Shown: positions 12,580 to 26,163, counted from the first letter of the stretch. The stretch: 44,956 nucleotides of DNA from Octopus bimaculoides (GCF_001194135.2 NC_068981.1:39781875-39826830), one strand, 5' to 3'. Notes: generated from the letters alone by a model not told the origin. A program made the numbers and translations.

Positions 12580-12800
12580 AAGGCGGCGAGCAGACAAAAT
12601 CGTTGGCGCATCGGAAAACTGCTTAATGGCATTTCATTCAGCTTTGCGTTCTGAGTTCAAATTCCAGAAGTTGACTTTGCCTTACATTCCTTCGAGGTTG
12701 ATAGAATAAGTATCAAGTGATTACTGGGGTCGATTTAATCGACTAGCCCCCTATCCCCTAAATTGTCAAACCTTTTGCCTATTGTAGAAAATATTTATTA
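12580..12800 (+). mobile_element. SINE family B
   Basis: aggcggcgagcagacaaaatcg...gttctgagttcaaattcc...gtcgatttaatcgac. Confidence 0.85.
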
Positions 12801-12808
12801 TGTTGCCC

Positions 12809-12960
12809 AAGGGCGTCGAGCAGTCAGAATCGAAAAAATTAGCAGTATTTCTTCCGGTTTTACGTTCTGAGTTCAAATTCCGCCTTGGTAGACATCCTTT
12901 TCGGAGTCAAAAAAATAAGTACCAGTTGAGCGCTTGGGTTGAGATAATAGGCTTAAATAT
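12809..12960 (+). mobile_element. SINE family B, degenerate
   Basis: gggcgtcgagcagtcagaatcg...ttacgttctgagttcaaattccgcc...aataagtaccagttg. Confidence 0.8.
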
Positions 12961-13256
12961 TCTTCTCTGCTAACCTGGAATTATATCTGGAAGCATGGAT
13001 GTTCCGTTCATTATGTTTAAACAAATCTTATTCGGGTATCTTATGTGCGAGACGGGCCACTCGACTTGAAGAAAATTCTAGCCTGCAAAGTCATACGCTG
13101 GTTATCTTGATGTGAGACCACCATGTCACACACGTATGGTCGTGAGGCATGTTCCTGGTGTAGCCTTATCAGACAGGTAGTCGTGATGACTATATTGGGC
13201 TTCGTATATTTGAACACCAGCGTCATTTTGATAGCATATGTTTTTCTCTCACTTGA

Positions 13257-13257
<1 letters not shown>

Positions 13258-13287
<30 letters not shown>

Positions 13288-13308
13288 AAGAAGAAGAAGA
13301 AGAAGAAG

Positions 13309-13366
<58 letters not shown>
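13258..13366. repeat. Compound (AAG)n-(TAG)n microsatellite
   Basis: Direct reading. Confidence 0.98.
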
Positions 13367-13367
<1 letters not shown>

Positions 13368-14559
13368 TTTCTTATTATATATGTGTATATATGTATGTAT
13401 ATTCGGTTGGGAGTATATGATTTTTGTTAATAATTTTGGATCTCGCAGGAATATCTTACGGAAGTGATTTGTGTGTTATGCCCTGGTTTATCTAATGTCG
13501 GCCCTGATTGAGCTGACAAGGCGCGATCATTCCCAGCTTAGCTCAAGTTACATCGAGGATTATTCTGAAGACAATATTTTAACTAGGCGCGTGATATGAG
13601 GGAGTTTTGAATAAATCCAGTGATCACATGTAGGTCACTTTTGCTGATGCTTGTGTGCGTGTTCGTGCGTGCGCACGTCCATACGTATGGGGTGCCATAA
13701 AATTGTGTTTTCTTTATAATAGCCGAGACTGACTCGTCTTCCCAATTGAGACGATTCACTTTTGTTAAATCCTGTCTGCAATTGACGTGTTGTTATTCTG
13801 CAGATATACAGGATATTCGATGCATGCAGGTAGTTTCTTTTACGATAAAACTAAATCCACGCATCTGATATTTATCTCAACCAAGCCATTATATTATACC
13901 TGTTTGCAAATTACTAAGATAACTGGAAATGATTATTTTTATTTGATATTTAATATTGGTAATGAACCATCATGTCGAGCACATGTTTGTTTCATCTTCC
14001 TCCATAATTACAAAGAATGTCAATAATCTACAGTTTTATACATAATCATTCATTAGAATATATGTAATAGAAATTATTGTGCTTACACAAATCACAAATA
14101 TATGACAGCAACTATTTGATTAAAATGCTAGGATGTATCCCTTGAAATATATAGCGATACAGATGTAATATCCTGCCTGTATTGATCACAGTGCTTATTT
14201 ATCTAACTTTAGTTTTATATTTACTCATTGAACTAAACTAAACCGATGTCGAGCTTTTGGAGATATTATGTGTTCCAATATTAGAACTATAACATATAAA
14301 TTTAATCTGGATATATTTTGTTTGATGAAATGTATCTACCATTCATTGGTATAGCATTATAACTACGCTTAACAGCATGTGTTAATATACTACTTAGTCA
14401 ACTTATTAATAAATCCACCCAGGCATATTCCATACAAGTAGATATTTTATTTGATAATCACAACATATATTCTACAGCAGGTTCGGAAGTTATTAAAACT
14501 ACAAATTGAAAATACCTCTTTACTTCATACTCTCTTTCATTCTCTTCTCTCCTTCCACT

Positions 14560-14594
<35 letters not shown>

Positions 14595-14597
<3 letters not shown>

Positions 14598-14945
14598 TGG
14601 TTAGGGCAGCGAACTCACGGTCGTTGGATCGCAGTTTCGATTCCCAGAACGGGTGTTGTGATTGTTTATTGAGTGAAAACCCTAAAGCTCCACGAGGCTC
14701 TAGAAGGATGGGGGTGGTGAAACCCTGCTGTACTTTTTCTCTCACTCTTTCTTTCTGCTTTTGTTGTACCTATATTTCAAAAGGCCAACCTTGTCACACT
14801 CTGTCACGCTGAATCTCCCCGAGAAACGTTAAGGGTACACTTATCTGTGGAGTTGCTCAGCCCCCTGCTCGTTAATGTTTCTAGCAGGTTGTTCCGCTGA
14901 TCGGATCAACTGGAACCCTCGTCGTCGTAACCGACGGAGTGCCAC
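14595..14945 (+). mobile_element. tRNA-derived SINE (family D), head slightly truncated, preceded by (CT)n(CA)n
   Basis: Colinear with 736-1077; keeps a 3' segment (atcaactggaaccctcgtcgtcgtaaccgacgga) missing from the first copy. Confidence 0.9.
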
Positions 14946-15219
14946 GATTCATGAATTGTAAGTAAATGCAAGTGGTCGTATTTTGAGGATTATACTTAAT
15001 TATTGTTGCTAATATGTTCCACAGAATGTAGCCATTTCGTTGTATGCTACTATCTAACCAATAAGATATATTGATAACGTACATTAAAGAATAGTTACTG
15101 TAGATAAAATCTTACGAGAATTAACTAGAAAGAAGAATGTTTTTTTTTAATTGTTTTCTTTTACAGGACATGAATTGTTGATGCAGCAAATATAATTCTT
15201 CACTTAGAGTGTCGAGTTG

Positions 15220-17380
15220 ATTTTTTTCATTCTTTCTTTAATTACCCCATTTGAAAATTCCTGAATTATTAAAAAACTATATTCTTGTTATTTTATGCTC
15301 TTGAAAGTACGATGAAAAATTACTCCTTCCGAAACACGGGCGTTGGCAAAAACACCTTGTGACTTATTAATAATCATTGATTAGGAGAGAAGTGAAAACA
15401 TTTCTTCGGCGTAATATGAATGGTAGTTTGAATCTATTAGCTCTAAAGTAATTCAGAGAATAAGAGCTCACACGACTTTATTTCTTCTTGTATTGATTTC
15501 AACACCAGAAAAATTTCACTAGCATTCTTGTTCCATTCTAAAATTTATATTTTAAAAGCATATTTTTTTTCAGCAGCACAATAAAGGCAGAAATTTTGAA
15601 CATTAGTGGTATAACTTTGAAAGACATTTCTGATTCACAAACTTTATCGAAAATATCAATCAATTGTCTCATTTGGATTTGTTAATGTTAAACCCAAAGA
15701 GAGTTGTATTTGATGTTAACATTCATTTCCTGGATACATCCGTTATTTTCCATTCCGTTCGTGTCCCAAATGATGAGTTACAATGCCATATCATGAATTA
15801 TTTATATAAATCATATTGTTAGCAAACAATTGTATGTGCTGCAGGTTTAAAAATTGCTTCTTGGATCTGGGATCCGTGCCTGTCATGCACCTAAACTTGG
15901 GCTGTCTATAGATCATGTATTGCATATATAGACAGCTTATTTTTGTTTTCTGACGTCTACTCAAAATAATTGGATACTCCTATTCAAATCGACAGATAAT
16001 TTTCTGGCATTCTGTCATAGCTACCCTAGATAAAAGGAAAAATCTACAACTCTGTTTTGCTAGGTTATTTATGAAATTTCGCTTACGTTCAAAACTGAAT
16101 ATAAATAATGTTTTTGGCTATTGTAAAATTATACGAGCTGAGTTGAAGATCTTATAAAGATGATTTTATGTTTTATTTAAAAAGGAAAACTTGCTTTGAT
16201 GAGGAATTTATAACATTAAAGTATATGTATGTTATCCTTCTCCTTTACAGATAGCTAGTAACGGTATAATGAAACCTTAAAACTTATTGTAATATTATAT
16301 TTCATTATATAATATGTCGCGCACAGAAATTCAGGAAAGACGAGATTTTGAAAAATCATATGTTCTTGAGTAAATGTTTGTATATACACAAAGCAGCGTA
16401 TATACAATAGCTTTTCAAACGCGTAAATTGAAAATTAGCTTCTTTAGCTGAGATAGATTGTTAAAGCTGTATTAAAGGGATTATTTCAAATAGCAATGGA
16501 ATTAATTTTGAGAGCATAGCACCACCAAGTGACGCCCTGATTTTCCTCTTTAAATATGATTTTATTTTATTCAGGGAACAGTTTTTGATAAGGCTTTTCA
16601 TATCAGTGTCGTTTCAATTACGTGAAAGATAGATTTCTATAAGAATGTATAACTTGTGAAATAATGTTAGTGGACATAATGATGCAACAATACAAATATA
16701 ACGGAGAAAAAGAGAACTTGATACGATGTCTATTCATATCGTATTTGCTATGAATAATGTAAATTATAGTTAATATTAATCAAATTTAAATGTTTATATA
16801 TATATACCTTCTCGAGTTTCGAGTAGATTTATGATTTTGATTTAGCCTTTTGGTTTTCTGTGGTATCCCCCAATTTCTTCATGGATTAGAAGGATAATGT
16901 ATAAGCTGGCTACAAATTACGTAATATTATATAAGGCTATAATTAATATCCGCACTTGCTTTATGAATTATTAATCTGCAATGTACCAATTTTCAACAGA
17001 AGATAAGATGAAATTAAAAGAAATAGTTGACATTTAACTATCTTTTAACAACTGTATGTTGACAATTGAAAGCAAACATATACGTTGTCTGACATTAAAT
17101 TTGATGGTATGTATGGACAAGGCAAGAGAAATCTTAGCGCATAATACATTTAAGCGGTTTTCTCTTAATTACTTCAGATTCAGAGGAAATATTTTAACAA
17201 AAGTATTCTAAACACTTCTTAGTTATAAGTACTTTCGTTCTATACAGCACAGAATTAAATGTATTTTGTTGTAGTTATAAATGATTTGTAGCGAGAGCTA
17301 AGTATCTTTTATTCAAGTCTGGGAGAATCTAACACCTCTAATGGCTTCGCTAGCTACAGACCGTTTTGCATGCAAACATT
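15220..17380 (+). repeat. Old local segmental duplication, copy A
   Basis: Colinear blocks shared with 25200-26030 and 28850-29930, e.g. gattca(c/t)aaactttatcgaaaa, atttcctggatacatc, catgaattatttatataaatcatattgt, tttcgcttacgttca, acattaaatttgatgg, ttcagaggaaa(t/c)attttaacaaa. Confidence 0.85.
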
Positions 17381-17392
17381 CATGTATACATA

Positions 17393-17567
17393 GGCACAGG
17401 AGTGGCTATGTGGTAAGTAGCTTGTTTACCAACCATATGGTTCCGGGTTCAGTCCCACTGCGTGGCACCTTGGGCAAGTGTTTTCTACTATAGCCTCGAG
17501 CCGACCAAAGCCTTGTGAGTGGATTTGGTAGACGGAAACTGAAAGAAACCCGTCGTATTTGTGTGTG

Positions 17568-17601
<34 letters not shown>

Positions 17602-17893
17602 CGTGCGCGTGTGTTTGTGTGTTTGTGTGTGTGTGTATGTGTGTGTGTGTGTTTGTTTGTGTGTGTGTGTGTGTGTGTGTTTGTATGTGTGTGTGTGTGT
17701 GTGTGTCCACCATCGCTTAACAACCGTTGTTGGTGTGTTCACGTCCTCGCAACTTAGTGGTTCGGCAAAAGAGACCGATAGAATAAGTACTAGGCTTGCG
17801 AAGAATAAGTCGTGGGGTCGATTTTGTTCGACTAAAGGCAGTGCTCCAGCATGGCCACAGTCAAATGGCTGAAACAAGTAACAGAATAAAAGA
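17393..17893 (+). mobile_element. tRNA-derived SINE (family A), full length with internal (TG)n
   Basis: Head aggagtggctatgtggtaag...ccgggttcagtccc; CCTTGGGCAAG motif reminiscent of CORE-type SINEs; TSD atacata at 17386-17392 and 17894-17900. Confidence 0.92.
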
Positions 17894-18087
17894 ATACATA
17901 CACATCAATAAACATATTTCCCTGTTTCAGCTGTATCCGTGCTTAATGTCACTGAGACTTGTATGAAAAACAAAGAAACTGGGAGGAAACGAAAACTCCG
18001 ATTTCTCGAGACAGGTTGTGGAGCTCTACACGGTTGCTATGCCTCATAACAATAACACCTAAATTACACTCGTATCACACTCTACTG

Positions 18088-19097
18088 CAGTAGTTCTCAA
18101 CGCTTCAGGCCTAGCAGTGCGCCAGAGATTGAATAATTACTGACACAATGCAGATTAAATTTTTTAAATCAGCACTGGTGCTCTTCGCATTGGAAGTTAA
18201 ACAAAACTATATTCTACATTAAAAGTTACTTAGATTACTTAGATTATTTAGATACGTTTTAGCCGAAGTTAGCCTAGGACATATCTAATTTAATAGCGCC
18301 ACCTGGAAGAGATACACAGTCAGCTCTTGGACTCCATAGCCCATTCGAGCAGAGAGTTATTGTTTTCAGAGACATATCCGGGTGTTGGCGGTTTGTCTGG
18401 TATTTATTGAAGGTAATCCTCTAGGGACCGTTTGAATGCCGTGAAATCACTTTCCTTCTTTATGTTGGCTGGCACGATGGTGAAGTGAGCAGGGCCAGTT
18501 GAGGTGAAATAGTTCTGTCTTAGTGTTGAGATACAACACGAACATGATTTCTGTAGTGGACGGATGGCACGGGGGCCAAGCCTCGGATGGATTTTAAAGA
18601 TGATACCTATATCATTTGGACAACGTTGATGGAATATTTTCCCACATTATACAGATGATATAGCGCTCCCAACGGCGTTGGAGGGAGTAAAGCCTGAGCT
18701 TTTTGAGTCGTAGCCAAGGCTTGTCATGTCATCTAATTTTTGGTTTTTGTGTGTGCTATTGATCTTTGGGGAGCTTCAATTTTCCTAATATTCTGTATCG
18801 TGGTGGGGGAGCACAGCGGACAACAGTATTCAAGGTGGGAGCGAGCAAAAGTAGAGAAAAGTAGAATAACGGTAGGGGTATCTCTAGACCGGAAGGCCCT
18901 GAGGATCCAGGAGCACTTCGAAAACTTTCAGAAAACTACTGCTTACCTAGTTTTCATAAATCATATTTGTGTGTAGAAAAATTATGAATATCACATTTTA
19001 AAGAGGTTCAAGTATTTGTATAGCTCTACTAAATCTTTAAATTATATATCTTAGTAATCGATGATACATCATACCGAGCACCGCTTGAGAACCACAG
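18088..19097. mobile_element. hAT (Charlie-like) non-autonomous element containing a nested CR1 fragment
   Basis: TIRs CAGTAGTTCTCAA and TTGAGAACCACAG; 8-bp TSD ctctactg (18080-18087) and ctccactg (19098-19105). Confidence 0.75.
18226..18935 (-). mobile_element. CR1-group LINE, 5'-truncated 3' end
   Basis: WILRAFRSRD...RSHLEYCCPL, KKLRLYSLQRRWERYII, HPRLG, FKRSLEDYL..IPDKPPTPGY...NSLLEW; 3' tail of ~9-nt tandem repeats (ttacttaga x3). Confidence 0.85.
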
Positions 19098-20039
19098 CTC
19101 CACTGGCTAAAAAGATCTAGAAGTATAAGTCTGAGTACAGCATCTCATGACTGTTAGTCCAAAAAACTACATCATAGTTAATTTCGAGTTAACTAGAGGA
19201 AAGAACCCCCAGTTTCGGGATCCATCACTTAAATAAAAGTGTTACCAATGGATTGAGCATATTACAACATGCACATTCATGAAATTCTTCCAGCGTCAAT
19301 ATCTAATTCCGACAGAGTACGGCTCTCAGGCAAACTTTCCGACTGAAACTGCGGGAAAATGCTTTAAAGCTTAACTAGTGATTTTCTAAATGCAAAGTAC
19401 GTTAGGGAATAAATTTACAGTTTATCTAATTACTATAAATAGTATTTACTGTAGTGAAACAAAAATATGAGTCTCTTATCAACGGACTATACATGGCTTG
19501 CACAGAATGAAAACTCAATTCATATAATAGCGTTATCCGTATATGAAAAAAGTCACGTTTTAGGGAATATATTTTAAAAAAAACAGAACAAAACAGAAAC
19601 ATTAAATCAGTCATTTATAACATTTTCTTTCAGTGCCAGTTTTTTTCTCGGTGATTTTCTTTCCTGTCACTATTTTTTCTGGAATGGTAGCACTGGTTCA
19701 TTATATTCACGTTTTTGCAGGTTGCTGCGTCTATTTGCAACTGATAGTATAGAAAAGGTTGTATTAAGGCTTCGCATATAAACGTCAAAAACAATGTGTC
19801 AAAAAAAGGCAATATTTATTGGACATCGACCAGCGCAAATTACAAACACTGAGGTTTCTTCACTGTCAACAATTTATTATCCTTGTCATGCTATCCATGT
19901 CAGAACGGTTTTGGTGTTGATCGCAGGCCATTGTCTATCAAAAACAAAAAAAGGATTTCTTAGAACCGAAATAATCGCATACATCACATTAAGTGACTTT
20001 AACACCTATTGTATGTGTGTATGCGTGTGCATATACTTA

Positions 20040-20079
<40 letters not shown>

Positions 20080-20265
20080 CAAACATGTTCATTTATATAT
20101 AGGTATGTATGTTCATATATAAAACTACATACGCATACATTTATATGTATATATATACACACACACATATATATATATGCATACACGCACACAGATTCCT
20201 TACATATATGTGGATGGTACATATACATATACACACATGTAAATGTACATATATGCATGTGACTA

Positions 20266-20313
<48 letters not shown>

Positions 20314-20401
20314 TTTTAAACACACATACGCACACACATATGCATACGCACACATGCGCATAGGTACATTACATACTCACACACAGGTACACACAGATGC
20401 A

Positions 20402-20435
<34 letters not shown>
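20040..20435. repeat. Mosaic (TA)n/(CA)n low-complexity tract
   Basis: Direct reading. Confidence 0.95.
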
Positions 20436-20436
<1 letters not shown>

Positions 20437-21129
20437 TCTGTATTTTTGCATATAGAGAACTTATTCCAGCATGATAATTTTATTTGCCCACAGTTTATTT
20501 TGAAAATGTTACAAATTCACTGTAACTTTTTATTGAATGATTCGGCACGAATTTTTTCCATTAGTGATTTTAATGAGAGTCTGTGCTTTTATATGGAACA
20601 GATCAACCTCAAACCACAAAATCAAGATAGGAAAAGCAAAACCATGTACCTAAATAGTCACTGAGATAAATCACTCTTTTGTGTAAGCTTAGCTAAACGA
20701 TTTGTGTTCTCGTCCAGAACGAGAATTCCGTATTGAAGCTTTTCAAAATGTTAATACCCAGAAAAAAAATGAACAAAAAAACAGAATGTCTGGAAATCTA
20801 ATTTCAATGAAAGAAAGAAAAATAAATTAATATTTGTTATCTGCATTCAACGACATTATTTCGATATGTCTAAAAGTATATGAAGATTTGTACCCAATGA
20901 CAGGATATCAACAAATATATTTAATCGAATTTAAAAGTCTAAACCAGAATTTTGCTAATATGTTTTTGCTTGTTATTTCTTTATTTCATTTGACTAAAAA
21001 AAAAATTAATAAAATTGCTTATTTTCAGATTGATTTTATTTAAGTATTTCAGCACTACAATAAATTATTATAAATTCTGAGAGTCTAAATTTTTGACGAG
21101 ACAGAATACACTACTATATCTTTTCCTGT

Positions 21130-21470
21130 ACCGAGGCCTCCTCCGAATTCATCGGTGACATCAACGCAGACTCTTCTTGGTTCTAATACTCATCACATAC
21201 AAGAGCTACTGATGCAAAAACCGAAGCTTCTGCCATCAACAAACAATAAGCTCGTTAATTTCACCTACTACTAAAAACTGACTGATATATGGAAAGTTCA
21301 AAGGTGCCTGGTCTATTTCTCGCCTTCGCATCGAACCTCTGTCAAGACATCCCTGTATCGGCATTGAACTACAAATTGTCCGATCACGTCCTTTCGCGAC
21401 TACCCAAGAAGCAGCGATAAAACGCCTAACTATTCCCGGAAGACTCATCATATCATTTGACTGGTCAGTG
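21130..21470 (+). mobile_element. LINE APE-endonuclease fragment (probably CR1/Jockey group), decayed
   Basis: SSEFIGDINADSSW and LFLA...LCQDIPVSAL...SDHVL resemble the APE GDFNA, LDLFL and SDH motifs. 21720-21900 (TIIESAKDIF) may be a continuation. Confidence 0.6.
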
Positions 21471-22169
21471 CTGCGCCAGGCCTAGGTTAATTATTTGTGC
21501 TAGTATATGTTCTTTATGTTTAGTTTATCAGAAACAATTACGATAAATACTAAAGCCATTCACTTTAAAATGTTTTTCTACACATCATCCGCACAAGAAA
21601 AACTCATAAACCGAATTTCCACAGGGGGTTAACTCAAATTTATGGCGCAGAAATTCAGGCAAAGAATATGACCTACAATGTTTGGAAAAATTCAGACATT
21701 TGGCAATCCTTAATTTTGTGAGACCATCATCGAAAGTGCGAAGGATATCTTCATACATCAAGCAAGATCGTCACCTCCCAAACATCAGCTGATGTTTTTG
21801 ATCTCATGATAAATGAGACCAACCTTTCGGGAAGCATACTTTCCTCAGCCAACCTTTGAGGAATCATCCTTTCCTCTACTGCCAAGGATGACTCTTCTGT
21901 AAGTAGTAAACCGGCTGAGAAAGCATTGACTATTGTTACCCCATTATACGACTAAGCATTAATTGCGTAGTAGATCTCAGAGATTTGTGTTTGAAGTTTT
22001 TAAGATGTCTCTAGTATTCGGAACGCCGTATTACTGTATTCACCTTTCAATATAGTTTTGGTCATTTTGTCTTTTGATACATTATGAGCCTTCTTTCTAC
22101 AGGTATTACTGTTTCCAATTTCTGTCAAAATATACTTTCAACACGGAATACAAATATATCCGTTGTATA

Positions 22170-22295
22170 TGTGAGTGTACATGTGTGCGTGTGCATATTT
22201 GTGTATGCGAGAGCGAGTGTACGTATATCTATGTTTGTATTCCTTTGTGTGTGTGTGTATGTGTGTGTGTGTGTGTGCGTGCGTGTGTGTGCGTT
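22170..22295. repeat. Degenerate (TG)n tract
   Basis: Direct reading. Confidence 0.9.
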
Positions 22296-24469
22296 TAAGT
22301 ATTTACGTATATGTACTTTCTTTTGTGTATACCTATGTTGATTAGAATCCAAATTTTATTTTCCTGTTGTTTAAAATTGGTGAGCCTATCTTGTGCTTAT
22401 CTATCATTCTATTCTATTTTATTTGCTTATGTGTATAGATTTCTTTAGGTATAATACTCACATCTAAGCATTAGGCTTTGAAGTTCACCTTCACAATGAA
22501 TTGTTATTGTCTAGAAGATCAGTTTTATATTGCTTTTGAGTAGAAGCATATTCTTCAATTACCGAGTCGCAGAATAAATATTTCTTCACAGTCACCATAA
22601 GAATATAATAATCTCTACTGCATTTCTTTCGTTACTTGTGTAGTTACAGATTCTGAGATTGTAATCTACTGACTTGAAAATCAATATATTTCAATTGTGA
22701 TAGGCGAGAAACATGTACGAATTATGCCTATAAAGATGGTATATGATTCTGAAGATCTTTCACTTCAATGAAGCTAAATTTCTGAAGATATCCTCGTGTC
22801 ACTAAGATCTTTTACATTAATACCAAGTGTTTGTAGTCTCAAAACCATGGATTACTGTGTCTTTATCATTTCCAGGAATTATATTAACTCAATATTGTAC
22901 GATCAAACAACATAGAAGCTGTCGACGAATTAGATTTAACATTTTCAATACTCCTTACAATAAATTAGTGATTGAACTGGACCTTGAAATATATCTAAAT
23001 TATATTATATTAGATATATATCAACAGCCATTGTCTTGATGAGAAAATATAGTCGCATTTCGCCATATTAGTTTGAAACTCAATGTTAAGAAACAAAGAC
23101 ATAATATATTTTGAGTAACTTTACTGGAGGAAAAATCAGTTTTAATACAACTGAGTGTCTACTGAATATGGTTAAATAAATGATTATTACATTTTTATTC
23201 TAAATTGCAAGTGGTGAAGGATAACGTCTTAATAGTTTCCAGTGGGCTAATCACTAATACATTGCATTTCTTGTGACGAAATGGGGGCAAAGTGGTCCCT
23301 GGAACTCGGCGCCGAAGAATTATCTCCCAGGAAAACATCTCCCATATTCATATAGGCTTCCAACCCATAGATTTTAGTAGAACATTTAACTTATCATCTT
23401 ATAATGAGTTTTTCAATGGTACTGACAACTATATTAATAAAGTACTAGTATTTACTGGATTAAAAGCAAAGCGTATTTATAGCGAAAATCCTCCACAATA
23501 ACATACTAAGACATGGATACGAAATTAAAATACCAAAAGAAAAAGAATAGTTTTAATTTCTTCTTAGCATTTTGTTTTATTTCCTACTAAGTATCATTTC
23601 TTTTTTGTTCCCTCTTTCACTCAAAATGTTCTTTTCTTTCTCCTTTCGATATCTATTGATTGCAGCCGGTAACTTCACAATTAACTTCATAATTTTTCGA
23701 CTATCCATATTTTAAATTAAAAAGAAATCACTCTTAAGTAAATACGACGAAATGTTCCCATTATTTTTATCTCAACAAGCACAACACAATAAAAAAAAAG
23801 CCTGTGGAATTAGAATATTCAAAATCTTGTTACAATATAGTTCAAATAAGTTTATTGCTAGTGTGTGTAAAGACTTTAAACATTCGTGAAAGTCTAGTAC
23901 GTGAGTAAACTATCAGCACATCGTATACAGCAATAATTTGGCAATAACGTAGCTTAGAAAATAATTCCCGCTTGTGTAAGATCAATTCCGTAGTTAATAG
24001 AGACAGAGAGATGTCTAACATATATCTACAGACGTATTTCAGTTAAAGAAAATAACAGTGGGGAGTGAAGACAGCTATAGCCAAGGGGAAAGCGAGAATA
24101 AGTTTCTAATATCCCCGAGGTAGAGAACCAGACGTAGGAAGAAATAAATAATAGCCAGGAAATCAAAATGATCGGCGGTGCGACATTGCTACACTACCAA
24201 CAACTGGTATTGCAATAGCAATATCAGCGTCTGAAATTCAATATCAGATGCAACTATTATATTTGTTACGTTTCTGAATTCCATCTATGTCTATATAGCT
24301 TTAGCCACCAAGTTCATGGCTCAAATGATGAAAAATAAATTATAAACTGAAAATGGAGAACATATGAAAGAAACAAAATCTTAATTTAATAAATCCAACA
24401 TACAATAAGTACAACTGATAAAATCGAGTTACGAATCTCTCATCCTTTATCCATCTCATTCCCAACCTC

Positions 24470-24510
24470 TCTCTTTCTGTTCTCTCTTTCTCTTTCTCTT
24501 CTCTCTTTCT

Positions 24511-24575
<65 letters not shown>

Positions 24576-24600
24576 CCAACCTATCTATCTATTTCTTTGA
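24470..24600. repeat. (CT)n-(CTAT)n tract
   Basis: Direct reading. Confidence 0.95.
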
Positions 24601-26115
24601 CTTTTTTATATAACAAGCTTACACGTTCTCTCGTTCTACACACAAATATGCATCTGTATATATGTGGTTTTAACTTATGAAATTCCTGTTTTTGATTTGT
24701 ATATACATTCTCTTGTGTGTTTGTGTGTGAGTCTGTATATGTGTGCGTGTCTGTATGTGGAGAGTGAGAGAAAGAGAGTATAATAAATTAGAAGCCAGTC
24801 CAATTGAAACATGAAAAGTAAAAAACTCTTTTTAAACCGCTGTGTTTTTCATAATGATTCAAAATCACATTCACTGGTAACATAAACTCGTAAGGCTTAC
24901 TAAACATTTTGCAAGTTTAGTAGCATTTCTTTCATGGACTTTCAAACAGATATACTAATTTGCTTCTACCACTGTTTTTGCTTTGATTTTGTGCCAGTGG
25001 GATAAATGCAGCCCATAATTTTTGTCAAAGCGATGTTTAGCTCAACAGTAAATGGATATAAAGGACAGTAGTAATCCGCAGGTGCCGTTCTAGCTGTATA
25101 GCTACTAGTGTAGTCACAGATTCAGAGATTGTTATCATACAAGCTCCCGTGTTACTTTTCCGATATGTGACCTACGATGACTAGCTATCCTTTATCATTG
25201 TATCTAAATTTTATTCTTTCAATAATTCTCTCAAATAAGAGCTGATGAAAGAATTGAAGTTGTATTTCGGCGCATTGTACATGGTAGCGTTATATCACAT
25301 GGCTTTAAAGTAGTTCGCAGAATAATAATATACACTACTATAATTTTCTATTGACTTCAACTGCAGTGAAATTTCACGGATATTTTTATTCCATTCCAAA
25401 AGCAGATTTTTTTTTTTTCATGGCACAAGGACAGAAACTTTGAAATTTAGTGAGAAGATAACTTTAAATGACATTACTGATTCATAAACTTTATCGAAAA
25501 ATCAATTGTCTCATTTGAGTTTGTTAATGTTAACCCCCAAATAGAGATGTATTTGATGTTAGTATTTATTTCCTGGATACATCAGTTATTTTCTATTGCA
25601 TTCGTGCCGAAAATTATGCGTTATATCTTTTCATGAATTATTTATATAAATCATATTGTCAGTGTATTATTGTATGTGTGTTCTTGGCCTGAAAACTTTT
25701 TCTTGGATCGGGGTATCGTGTCATTCATGCACCTAAACTTGGGTTATCTAGATGTGATATGTTTCCGCAAACTGTCTTTCTTCTCTGAGGACCAGTCGAA
25801 ACTGATCGAATATTCCTTTTATTTAAATTGGCAAATAATTTTCTGGCACTCAGCCATAGCTCCCCTAGATGAAAAGAAGAATTCTAAAAATCTGTTTTGC
25901 TTGGTTATTTGTGAAATTTCGCTTACGTTCACAGCCAAGTATTGATAAAGTTTTTCGCCATTCTAAATATACATGTGTAGCATCAAAGATCATATGAAGA
26001 GACTTGTAGGATTTATTGAAAGTTGAACTCACCGTTTTCTTTAGTGGAAGAATTTGGAATAATTGTATTCATAATACATACTTATACATGCAACCGTATA
26101 CATGCGCGGGTACGT

Positions 26116-26160
<45 letters not shown>

Positions 26161-26163
<3 letters not shown>

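Noticed and set aside
12990-13255. Probable fragment of another interspersed repeat (also 5940-6100, 10665-10830, 13440-13620, 44014-44470)
   Set aside because: They look repeat-like, but I cannot classify them from motifs in this window; needs a RepeatMasker or RepeatModeler search.
20707-20725. Hairpin TTCTCGT-CCAGA-ACGAGAA as a Helitron end or terminator
   Set aside because: Followed by TTAG rather than CTRR, with no other support; intrinsic terminators are not relevant in this genome.
6475-23360. Peptide resemblance VPCRQQRRIIS (6475) versus VPGTRRRRIIS (23295)
   Set aside because: Too short, no shared splice sites or start, and the nucleotide flanks do not align.
16090-25965. Minus-strand donor (AAC|GTAAGC) conserved in both duplication copies, with an indel-free 36-nt upstream frame
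   Set aside because: Acceptor position and phase are not conserved between copies, and copy A has an in-frame stop just upstream.
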